A DNA stretch of 64,000 nucleotides from positions 158 to 64,157 of the forward strand of contig CAZZCT010000003.1 in assembly GCA_964652365.1 (NCBI GenBank), in the 5' to 3' direction. The position numbers were made by a program, and so were the translations under genes. The notes beneath the pieces are model-generated. The model was given only the letters and a program-made list of their open reading frames with translations, was not told the origin of the DNA and did no database searches. This DNA is from an uncultured Lentisphaerales bacterium. Its GTDB lineage: Bacteria > Verrucomicrobiota > Kiritimatiellia > RFP12 > CAZZCT01. Of the stretch, positions 1-8,120 are shown one piece after another; the stretch's first letter is position 1; every line of letters starts with the position of its first letter.

Positions 1-45
1 ACATCTTTCACAGTTAGTCTCCGCTTTTGCGCCCTCTTCTTTCGC

Positions 46-57
46 ATTGCGCGCAAT
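46..57. promoter_or_regulatory. Perfect 12-bp palindrome ATTGCGCGCAAT in the non-coding leader upstream of the first gene. It could be an operator for a dimeric regulator.
   Basis: Read directly: positions 46-57 are self-complementary. The site lies about 230 nt upstream of the ATG at 290. Confidence 0.2.
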
Positions 58-108
58 CACGCGCGGTCCTATCATCAAAATGGGCTGGATGTCCGGAACC
101 CAATCTCA

Positions 109-180
109 TCTCTCACAGAGATCCCAGAGTGGCACGGAGGTTTATACAAATCTCTGTGAACTCTGTGCCTCTGTGAGAGA
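109..180. repeat. 12-bp perfect inverted repeat (TCTCTCACAGAG 109-120 / CTCTGTGAGAGA 169-180) enclosing three direct CTCTGTG copies (152-158, 161-167, 169-175)
   Basis: Read directly from the sequence. It sits in the non-coding region about 110-180 nt upstream of the ATG at 290. One CACAGAG segment can pair with any of the three CTCTGTG copies. Confidence 0.6.
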
Positions 181-289
181 CCAACAACGTGCTGCGTGTT
201 GGCCTTGTCGGCAGGTAAGGCACTGATTGGGTTGGCCGTCTCATCGGGTGTCGCGCGTCGCGTCAGAGACCCTCGCAGGGGATTGCGAT

Positions 290-3200
290 ATGCGGAAGCG
301 AATGATCATCAGCGTGCTCCTTCTGTTTGGGCTGGCGCTGCAGTCTCCGGCGCTGACGGTTTCGGGGACCGTGCGAAAAGCAAACGGGGCCGCGCTCACA
401 GAGGCCTGCACCGTGCGGGCGTCGAACGGAGGTGGAGCCGCCAACACCAGCAGCGGATCCTACTCGCTTGTCGGGGTTCCCAGCGGGTGGAGCGGCGTGA
501 TCGTGGTCGATTACACCGCGGAAAGCGGTGAATCGGTGGTGTTTGGACCCGCCTATCGGGCGTACACCAACCTGATAACTGATCAGACCGATCAGGACTT
601 CAGGATCCAGCTCTGGCAGCCCAAGACCATTGACGGCATTGTGACCAATCAGTCCGGCCAGGGAGTCGGCGACGTGCTGCTCATCGCGACCAGCGGCGGC
701 GGGGCCACGCTGTCACAAGCCTCGGGAACGTACCGTCTGGGGTATCATCATCCGCCCGGCGGTTCCTGGACCGGGACCGTCACCCCGGCCAGGTCCGGCT
801 ACGTCTTTGTCCCCACGGCACGGGCCTATTCGGCCATCAACACCGCACAGTCGCCCGAGGACTACGCGGCCACACGCCTGCCGCCGGCCCTCTCCAAGTC
901 GCTCGCGCCCAGGTTTGCTGCCACCGGCGCCACGGTGAGAGTCATGCTCACGGTGACCAACCAGTCGGAGACGGTCTCCAGTGAAGCGACCGTGTACGAC
1001 CCGCTTCCGCCGGAATTGATCTGTGTCACCAACTCGCTTGGGCCGGGCGGCGTCTATGTCGCCGCCGACCACGCCATCGCCTGGAATCTGGGCGACCTGG
1101 CGCCGGGTGAGGGCCGCGTGCTGAGCTTCAATACCACCGTGGCCGGCGTGGCCCAGGCCGGGCAGGTGATCTCCAACACCGCACAGATCGTAGTGGGCAT
1201 TGCCACGAACTTCTCCAACCCTGCGACCGTGCGTGTCCCACTCCCCACCCCCGCGTTGGGTCGAATCGCCCTGGCGCGTCGCACCTCCCCGACCGCCGCG
1301 CACCTGCGCCTGATCGACCGGGACGGCGGCAACGACCTGTTTCTGACCGATTCGCCCCATCGCGACGCGCGGCCGCACTTCCGGCCGGATGGCACCCAAC
1401 TCGTCTTTGCACGCACCGTCAGCACCCAGCCGCCGCGCACCGACGTGCTGCGCATTGAGGCCGACGGCAGCGGCGAGACGAATCTGACGCAGAACCTTGC
1501 GGGCGACTGCAACGGCCCGCGCTGGTCCTGGGACGGACAGCGCATCGTGTTTGACGTGACCGCGTCGGGCGATCAAGGCGACCTCTACCTGATGCAGGCG
1601 GACGGCACGGGCATCACCCCGTTGCTGACCGGCAGTCTGGACGATCGTGCCCCCTGCTTCTCGCCCGACGGCGCATGGGTCGTGTTCCAGCGGGAGACAC
1701 AGGCGTTTCCCCGGCGGGTCAAGATCTGCAAGCTCCGGCTCAGCGACAGCGCGGTCGTTGACCTGACCGACGCCAGCACGGTCGATGAAGCGCCCATGTG
1801 GTCACCAGACGGGATGACCGTCGTGTTCCGGCGCGGCATCGTAACCTGGGACCTGTTCGCCATGTCGGCGAACCACGATCCAGACAGCACGTTCGGGTTC
1901 CTGAACCTGACCCAGACCGGCACACGTTCGATCGGCACGGCCCAGTACACATGGGAGAATGACGGGATCTTCTATCAGACCACCACCAGTGGCATCGCAT
2001 CCGCCCATGCCGAGATCTTCCGGATGAACCGCCTCGGGGGCAACGTCCAGCAACTCACAACCAACTTGGTCGAGGACCTGGACCCGGCGCCGGCACCGGT
2101 CACACCCTTCACGCCCAGGCCGGTGCTGGCCATCGCCAAGACGGCGGACGTCCTCAGCGTAACGGGAGGCCAGTCCGTGGTGTTCTCGATCCTGATCACC
2201 AACACCGCAATGCTGGTGGCCTCCAACGTCGTCGTCCGCGATACGCTCGATAGCCAACTAACCTGTGAACTGGATTCCATCAGCTCCGGGGGAATCTACA
2301 CCCCGATCTCCCGAACCATCGCGTGGACGCTCGGCGCACTGGAAGCCGGCGCCGGAACCGGCTGCACCTTTCGCGCAACCGTCGCGCCAAGTGCATCCTA
2401 TTATACGCCGATCGTCAATCTGGCCAGCGTGACGGCGGACGATACCGAAACAAAGTGGAGCAACACCGTGTCGCTCCGGGTGCCACTGCCCGTGCGCGAC
2501 GAGCAACGTTTCGGAGGAGGCGGTCTGAGCGGCGTCACCAACTATGCTGATCGCGTGGCGTTGGCCATCACCTACGGACGCCTATCAATCGGCCTGACCC
2601 CGGCACAATGCGCCAACCCGTACCTGATCGATTTCGGTCCCGCGGACCTGGCGCTGACCCGCGGCCAGTCGCACGGTTTGCGGGCCATCGGATTGATCGA
2701 CCTGCAGGCCAGCCTGCTGACGTGGCCGACGGTGGCGGATTTCGGCCGTGCCGTCGCGGCGATCGTCGAACGCTACGACGGCGACGGGGTCGAGGACATG
2801 CCTGGGCTGATCGAGCCGATCCGACACTGGGAGATTTTCGACGGCTATGCACCAGCCGCCAATCCTCAGCGCTGGGCCGGTTGCGGCGTCGAACTCTATG
2901 GCCGCTACCTGACCAATGCCTGGCAGATCGCGCACGCCAGCACGCCACACGCCACGATCCTGTGCAGTTCCCTGACCGGCCGTCCCGACGCGACGAATGG
3001 GTGGTACCTGACATCGCTCCTGGCGCACGAGTGGGTCCGGCCCTGCATCGACGCGATCCCCTACCACAGCTATCTGGAACGGTCCGTGTGGACCAACGGG
3101 ACCCAGCAACTGCCGCAGTACCTGTTCGCACGCCAGTTCATGGCCTATCTGGCAGACCAGGGGCTGGACAGTCGGACGGTGTGGGCGACGGAAACCGACT

Positions 3201-4162
3201 TCCGCTCAACCTACACACAGAACCTGACCACCGGCGTCACAAACTCGCAAGCGGATAACGCCCGTTTTCTCGCACGCTCCTATCCGTTCGCACTGGCCGC
3301 GGGCATTGATCGCCTCCTGTACGCGGAACTCGAATACGACCCCGCATTCCCGGCCGAACTCAACTGGGCCGTTCTGACCGACACCAACCTGAACCGGCGG
3401 GCCAGCTTCTACGTCTACCAGAAGCTGATCGAGAAACTGGAGGGCTTCCAGCGGGCACATCTGGACGACTTCGGCAACGATAACCTCGGGGCCTGCTTCA
3501 TCGGCGCCAATGGGCAGCCGGTCCAGGTGGTCTGGAATACGTCCGAGCGAACCGAACGGGTACGGGTGCCGGTGGGTCCTGTGCTGGAGGCCCGCGTGAC
3601 GCGCGCCGTACCGGACGCGTTCGACAACACGCATGCGACCTGGACCGTCACATCCGTCACGTTAACCAACGGCACCTGCGACGTGGACGCCAGCGGCACG
3701 CCGGTCTACGTGGAAGCTCTGACCACGTTTGCCGGGGATCTGGACGGCGATGGAATCCCCAATGATCTGGACGACGACTGTGACGGCGACGGCATGACGG
3801 ACGATTGGGAATACACGTATGGTCTGGACCTCTTCACGGCCGGCGCCCTGCTCGACACGGATGGCGACGGGCAGGGCGACTTCAGTGAGAACGTGGCGGG
3901 AACCGACCCGACCAACCGGCTGTCATACTTCCACGTCGCGTCCGTCAGACCGGTTGGCGCTGGCCAGATCGCCGTCGGGTGGCAGGGCGTGGAAACGCGC
4001 TATTACGGACTCGACTATCGCGACTGGACTCCGGGCAACACCTGGACCCACGCCGCGGGCGCCGACGAACTCCCGGGCCGCGACGGTGCGATGTGCTTCA
4101 CGAACCCGATCGCTTCAGGAACCAACCGCTTCTACCGGCTGCGCGTCTGGACAGAGCCGTGA
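290..4162 (+). CDS. Secreted multidomain surface protein. Modules: signal peptide, CarboxypepD_reg-like modules, 2x DUF11-type repeat, TolB-like PD40 beta-propeller, TIM-barrel glycoside-hydrolase-like module, thrombospondin type-3 Ca-binding repeats.
   Basis: Track ORF 227..4162. The internal ATG at 290 gives the signal peptide MRKRMIISVLLLFGLALQSPALT. PD40-like blades are PHFRPDGTQLVF, PRWSWDGQRIVF, PCFSPDGAWVVF and PMWSPDGMTVVF. DUF11-like segments are VMLTVTNQSE and FSILITNTAM. TSP3-like repeats read DGDGIPNDLDDDCDGDGMTDDWE and DTDGDGQGDF. Confidence 0.85.
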   Translation: MRKRMIISVLLLFGLALQSPALTVSGTVRKANGAALTEACTVRASNGGGAANTSSGSYSLVGVPSGWSGVIVVDYTAESGESVVFGPAYRAYTNLITDQTDQDFRIQLWQPKTIDGIVTNQSGQGVGDVLLIATSGGGATLSQASGTYRLGYHHPPGGSWTGTVTPARSGYVFVPTARAYSAINTAQSPEDYAATRLPPALSKSLAPRFAATGATVRVMLTVTNQSETVSSEATVYDPLPPELICVTNSLGPGGVYVAADHAIAWNLGDLAPGEGRVLSFNTTVAGVAQAGQVISNTAQIVVGIATNFSNPATVRVPLPTPALGRIALARRTSPTAAHLRLIDRDGGNDLFLTDSPHRDARPHFRPDGTQLVFARTVSTQPPRTDVLRIEADGSGETNLTQNLAGDCNGPRWSWDGQRIVFDVTASGDQGDLYLMQADGTGITPLLTGSLDDRAPCFSPDGAWVVFQRETQAFPRRVKICKLRLSDSAVVDLTDASTVDEAPMWSPDGMTVVFRRGIVTWDLFAMSANHDPDSTFGFLNLTQTGTRSIGTAQYTWENDGIFYQTTTSGIASAHAEIFRMNRLGGNVQQLTTNLVEDLDPAPAPVTPFTPRPVLAIAKTADVLSVTGGQSVVFSILITNTAMLVASNVVVRDTLDSQLTCELDSISSGGIYTPISRTIAWTLGALEAGAGTGCTFRATVAPSASYYTPIVNLASVTADDTETKWSNTVSLRVPLPVRDEQRFGGGGLSGVTNYADRVALAITYGRLSIGLTPAQCANPYLIDFGPADLALTRGQSHGLRAIGLIDLQASLLTWPTVADFGRAVAAIVERYDGDGVEDMPGLIEPIRHWEIFDGYAPAANPQRWAGCGVELYGRYLTNAWQIAHASTPHATILCSSLTGRPDATNGWYLTSLLAHEWVRPCIDAIPYHSYLERSVWTNGTQQLPQYLFARQFMAYLADQGLDSRTVWATETDFRSTYTQNLTTGVTNSQADNARFLARSYPFALAAGIDRLLYAELEYDPAFPAELNWAVLTDTNLNRRASFYVYQKLIEKLEGFQRAHLDDFGNDNLGACFIGANGQPVQVVWNTSERTERVRVPVGPVLEARVTRAVPDAFDNTHATWTVTSVTLTNGTCDVDASGTPVYVEALTTFAGDLDGDGIPNDLDDDCDGDGMTDDWEYTYGLDLFTAGALLDTDGDGQGDFSENVAGTDPTNRLSYFHVASVRPVGAGQIAVGWQGVETRYYGLDYRDWTPGNTWTHAAGADELPGRDGAMCFTNPIASGTNRFYRLRVWTEP

Positions 4163-4496
4163 TCTGCCTCTGCGCCTCCGCGCCGCTGCGGGAGTCATCG
4201 CTTCTCCGGCACTAACGGCAACGCTCTGGTAGAGGCACGCCGTGCCGATTGCCAGAAGTGTCTTGTTGGGGCAATCATGTTAAGGTCGACATTCGGCTCT
4301 TCCGGGGACGTCCACCTTTCAATCCGTTTGAGGCGCTGTAGACATACGGGTTGTCCTGCTGGTGCAAGAAGGCTAACCTATTCGATTAGGTTTCTCGAGT
4401 GCCTGATTCTCTCTGCTCGGCATAACAGGAGCGCGATTGGCGCGTCGGCGCAAACCGTGTCAGATGCAACGTACATGGCCTAAGCCCGACAGGCTC

Positions 4497-5627
4497 CTAG
4501 ATCCACTCGCACAGGCGCCAGTTGGCGCGTGTCATGAGGCGCATAAGAGCGCGCCGCGTCTCCTCGTCGAACGTGCCCGCCGCGCAGCAGAGGGTCACGG
4601 TGCAACGCGCGCGGGCGCGGGTGCGACGGCGATCCTCCAGGTAGGAGCGCAGGGCTGCCGCGAGGCTCTCGGGCGAACCGTGGTAGACCACGGCATAACG
4701 ATTGAACCAGGCGGCGTCGAACAGGAACTCCCAACCGCGCGAATCGCCCTCCCGCAGCACGAGTTTGGGGACCATCCAAGCCGTCAACCGCGGCAGGCGT
4801 AGATGGCCGATCCGCAGCGGCGGCAGTTCCAGCCGCGGCAGGGCGTCGCTGACCGGCAAGGGATCATCCGGGGCGATGGCGAGGAATGTCTCGCCTCGAC
4901 GCACCAGGTCGCGCAGGAGGCGGGCCGAGTTGGCGCCCGGCCAGGTGCAGGTGTAGGACTTGGTCGAGAAATCGTCCAGCCAGGGAGCTGAGACCGGCAG
5001 GGGCGGGTAGCCGGGCATCCAGCGGTTGAACCGGATCAGGTAGTCCCAGAGCAACAGGATCAACCCGGCCCAGAAGACCAGGCGCGCAGCTCTCAGGTTG
5101 TGACGGTCCAGGGTGTTGGCCCGGTTGGCGTCCAGTTCCTTCAGCATCTTGGGCGGCTTCTCGGTGGCCTCGACAACGGCCGAGGCGTCGCCGACCTTCT
5201 CCTTGCGATCCGCGGCGCGCTGCTGCTTGCCGCGCGTACGATAGGCTGGTTCGGCCTCTCCCAGGCCACCTTCCGCCGCCATCAACCCATTGGTGGGGGC
5301 GGTCTCGTCAGTCGGCGCGTCCTCGGCAAAGTGCATCTGGGCGGCGAGATTGCTCTCGCCGCTGGCGTCCACGCGCATCTCGCGCTGTTGGCGCCGGGCC
5401 TCCTCCATCTCCTCGGTACGGTCAACCCGGATCTCGCTGACGGCGGTCGAGTTGATGCGCGCCAGAACCAGGCCCACCAGGCCCAGGCCGAATGCCAGCA
5501 GGTAGCGCAGATTGCGCCGGCTATCGCGCCAATACACACCATACAGCACCGCGGCCGCCAGCCAGAAGAGGATGGACGCGATCCCGACAACCCCGAAGTA
5601 TGTGTAGAGCTTGAGCATGGGCGGCAT
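4497..5627 (-). CDS. Hypothetical membrane protein with two N-terminal TM helices, a charged coiled segment, a third TM helix and a C-terminal domain of unknown function. It is the last gene of the motor cluster.
   Basis: 376-aa ORF starting at ATG 5627. Hydrophobic helices are YTYFGVVGIASILFWLAAAVLYGV, LLAFGLGLVGLVLA and LVFWAGLILLLWDYLI. It lies 21 nt downstream of the preceding co-directional gene. Confidence 0.75.
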   Translation of the reverse strand: MPPMLKLYTYFGVVGIASILFWLAAAVLYGVYWRDSRRNLRYLLAFGLGLVGLVLARINSTAVSEIRVDRTEEMEEARRQQREMRVDASGESNLAAQMHFAEDAPTDETAPTNGLMAAEGGLGEAEPAYRTRGKQQRAADRKEKVGDASAVVEATEKPPKMLKELDANRANTLDRHNLRAARLVFWAGLILLLWDYLIRFNRWMPGYPPLPVSAPWLDDFSTKSYTCTWPGANSARLLRDLVRRGETFLAIAPDDPLPVSDALPRLELPPLRIGHLRLPRLTAWMVPKLVLREGDSRGWEFLFDAAWFNRYAVVYHGSPESLAAALRSYLEDRRRTRARARCTVTLCCAAGTFDEETRRALMRLMTRANWRLCEWI

Positions 5628-5648
5628 CCGGCAACGGAGACCAGGCGG

Positions 5649-7214
5649 CTACTTGCGATGCTTCCGAGTCATCTCCAGGTAGTGGGTGAAGGAGTAGTGA
5701 ATGATGTTGATGCCCAGATCCATGGCGCTCTGGCTCAGTTCCGGGGCCATTCCGCCGCGGTCGTTCTTCCACGTGTCGTTCATGTCGCCGGGGTGGTAGA
5801 AGACCACCCAGCGGTCCTTGTGCTTGATACCCATGGCCCGCCAGCCGCCATGATGCCACAGCGGCGGCGCACCGTTGGGGAAGACATAGGGTTGCTGGAA
5901 GAGCGGATCGTCATCGGCAATCTCGCGCATGGGATTACCCGGGAAGAGCGACTGCGCCAGTGAGCGGAAGTTCCGGTCAAACCACGGGCTGCCCGCATCC
6001 GCGAAGAGCAGCCCGCCGTCCAGCAGATAGGCGCGCAGGATCTCGATGTCGCGGGCCGAGATGCGGATGTCGCCATCGCCGGTCAGATAGACGAAGGGTG
6101 GCGCAAACCCCTTGGGATAGTTTTTGAGCACGCGCACGGGGTGGCTCTCACCGCGCGGCGCGACCTTAAAGCCGGTGACGCGCTTGAACTCCTGCAGGAA
6201 ATTGATGTCGGCGCGCGACTTGGCATCCATGCCGTCGTCCCACTGCGGACCGCCATGCTCCAGCCGGATGAAGCGCACGACGGCGTTCTCCATGCCGTCC
6301 GGCCATCCGCCCTTGCTGCCCTTGCCCACGCCCAGCTTGCCCTTGTGCACGCGGGTTGGATCCGCCGCGTACTCGACCTGGCTCTGTTTGTCGACCTCCC
6401 GCATCAGCTTCATGTCATCCGGCAGGTGGAAGATGATGGCCGAGTTCGGATTCACGACATAGCGCTTCTGGGGCTTCTTCTTGCGTACGACCTTGACGAC
6501 GCGCTCGATCACCGGCTCGCCTTCGCCCTTGGGAATCCGGTAGGGATCGACGCAGCCGCGCATCGAAAGCAGCCAGGGCAGCAGCACGATCACGAACAGG
6601 TGGAGGCTGACGCTGTGGTAGAGGCTCTTACGGTAGGATGGCGCCAGGCGATGCAACCGCAATGCCTCGATCAGGCGGTCGCCCATCGAAGGCTGTGTCG
6701 GCGCCGAACCGGTATAGACCTCGATCGTCGCGTTACACCAGGTGATGACCTGCACACCCATGGCCAACACAACCGCAACCAGCGCGGGCCAGAGGTAATG
6801 GAGCCGACAGAAGAAGATGTTCCAACTGTCGGGCTTCTGTCCCAAGAGCGGAATGTTCGCGGATGCCAGCGCGCTGGTCGCCTGGAAGACGGCCAGCAGC
6901 TCGACGGCCAGCAGAACTCCGATCAGCAGGCAGCCCTTGCGCACGACGCCCAGACTCCAGCCGCGATGGAGCGTCAGTCCCAGCAGGAACGCCGTCAAGA
7001 GCAGCAGGGCGCCGCCGACGGCGGACCAGAAGAACAGTTCAACCGTGACACCCACGCCCTCCGCAGCAAAGACGGCGCCGTACGCCGGGTAGGCGACAAG
7101 GAGGCCCTCATACCATTCCGGCAATAGGCGCACCACCCACGCCAGGCCGGCGGCGATCAGACCGAGTGGCGTGGCGATTGCGAGCGGGAGCCAGGATTTT
7201 GGCAGGATCCGCAT
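5649..7214 (-). CDS. Polytopic membrane protein with a C-terminal DUF4159 domain
   Basis: 521-aa ORF starting at ATG 7214, 3 nt after the upstream stop. The N-terminal ~200 aa hold about 5 TM helices. The C-terminus matches my recollection of DUF4159 (PF13709): PFVYLTGDGDIRISARDIEILRAYLLDGGLLFADAGSPWFDRNFR...DDDPLFQQPY...RWVVFYHPGDMNDTWKN. Confidence 0.8.
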   Translation of the reverse strand: MRILPKSWLPLAIATPLGLIAAGLAWVVRLLPEWYEGLLVAYPAYGAVFAAEGVGVTVELFFWSAVGGALLLLTAFLLGLTLHRGWSLGVVRKGCLLIGVLLAVELLAVFQATSALASANIPLLGQKPDSWNIFFCRLHYLWPALVAVVLAMGVQVITWCNATIEVYTGSAPTQPSMGDRLIEALRLHRLAPSYRKSLYHSVSLHLFVIVLLPWLLSMRGCVDPYRIPKGEGEPVIERVVKVVRKKKPQKRYVVNPNSAIIFHLPDDMKLMREVDKQSQVEYAADPTRVHKGKLGVGKGSKGGWPDGMENAVVRFIRLEHGGPQWDDGMDAKSRADINFLQEFKRVTGFKVAPRGESHPVRVLKNYPKGFAPPFVYLTGDGDIRISARDIEILRAYLLDGGLLFADAGSPWFDRNFRSLAQSLFPGNPMREIADDDPLFQQPYVFPNGAPPLWHHGGWRAMGIKHKDRWVVFYHPGDMNDTWKNDRGGMAPELSQSAMDLGINIIHYSFTHYLEMTRKHRK

Positions 7215-7217
7215 GCG

Positions 7218-7640
7218 TTAGCGTACTTTGGTGTCTTCCAGCGAGATGCCGAGATCGCCGGGTTGCGCCGGGATATCCTCGGGCTTGGCGGCGTCGGTGA
7301 TACGTTTGACGACCGGCGCGCCAGAGCGCTGCTCCAGAACCTGCGCGTCGGTCGGCTCCTGGTCGCCCGCGGTCGCGTTGGTCGTGCCGGTGCCGGCCGT
7401 GGAGGCCGTGGCGTTAGGTTCGCCGGACGCCGGCGCGGCAGCCTCTGCGGAGGCCTCCGCCGCAGCCGGAGCAGCCGGAGCGGCATTGCGCTTGACCAGC
7501 GAACCCAACGACAGCAAGACGACCGCAATCGCATGCACGACCGTGGCCAGTACAACCCATTTGATGAACCCGCCGCGGGTGAAGGCCGTCAGCAACTGAT
7601 CCGAGTTGAGATCGGAAACCGCTTCCTGTTGTTCTGTCAT
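7218..7640 (-). CDS. Small bitopic protein with one TM helix followed by an Ala/Pro/Thr-rich low-complexity linker. It sits in the TonB/TolA position but has no recognisable TonB C-terminal domain.
   Basis: The track ORF 7218..7649 starts at a GTG. I prefer ATG 7640 because AAGGAG (reverse complement of 7649-7654) lies 8 nt upstream of it. TM helix: FIKWVVLATVVHAIAVVLLSLGSL. Linker: AAPAAPAAAEASAEAAAPASGEP. The gene directly follows exbB-exbD-exbD. Confidence 0.7.
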   Translation of the reverse strand: MTEQQEAVSDLNSDQLLTAFTRGGFIKWVVLATVVHAIAVVLLSLGSLVKRNAAPAAPAAAEASAEAAAPASGEPNATASTAGTGTTNATAGDQEPTDAQVLEQRSGAPVVKRITDAAKPEDIPAQPGDLGISLEDTKVR

Positions 7641-7679
7641 GGCAACCACTCCTTGATTTCAGTCTTCGCCCGGCAGCAC

Positions 7680-8120
7680 CTAGGGTGCCGCCGGTGACGG
7701 CACGTGGGGAGCCTGCATCCCCTTGTCTCCCACGGCCACAATCGTTCCACCGGCCTTGGCGATCGCATCGATCACCGGCTCGAAAAAGGTCTTGTCCACG
7801 TCCTTGTCGCACCGCAAGACCACCAGCCGGGCATCGGGGCCGGTCTTACCGGTCAGCAGCAGGGTGATTCCAGGCTCCAGTTCCACGATGTCGATCCGCC
7901 TTCCCTGCAGGAAGACGTCGCCCTTGTCATCGACGATCACCGACACACGCCCCTCTTTGACCCCTTTGACGTCGGCGCTCCGCGGCGAGGTGTACTTGAT
8001 TCCCGATTCCTTGATGAAGTTGCTGCACAGGATGAAAAAGATCGTCAGCAGGAATGCGATATCACCCATGCTCACAATTGGAACGGCAACTTCCTTCTTG
8101 CGGCGGCGCGGCATCTTCAT
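7680..8120 (-). CDS. exbD: ExbD/TolR-family biopolymer transport protein (second copy)
   Basis: 146 aa. The N-terminal TM helix carries the conserved Asp (SMGDIAFLLTIFFILCSNF). Its ATG overlaps the upstream stop as ATGA at 8117-8120. Confidence 0.9.
   Translation of the reverse strand: MKMPRRRKKEVAVPIVSMGDIAFLLTIFFILCSNFIKESGIKYTSPRSADVKGVKEGRVSVIVDDKGDVFLQGRRIDIVELEPGITLLLTGKTGPDARLVVLRCDKDVDKTFFEPVIDAIAKAGGTIVAVGDKGMQAPHVPSPAAP

Noticed and set aside
4177-4196. Imperfect GC hairpin (CTCCGC...GCGGGAG) 15 nt after the stop of the first gene, considered as an intrinsic terminator
   Set aside because: The stem needs a bulge and no U-tract follows, so it is too weak to annotate.
4375-4392. tRNA T-arm-like hairpin (AACCTA TTCGAT TAGGTT)
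   Set aside because: The loop has 6 nt rather than 7, the stem has 6 bp rather than 5, and I could not trace any acceptor, D-arm or anticodon arm around it. It is not a tRNA.
4277-4483. 68-aa ORF in the GC-poor convergent gap
   Set aside because: It has no SD, atypical composition and no recognisable motif, so it cannot be supported as a gene from sequence alone.
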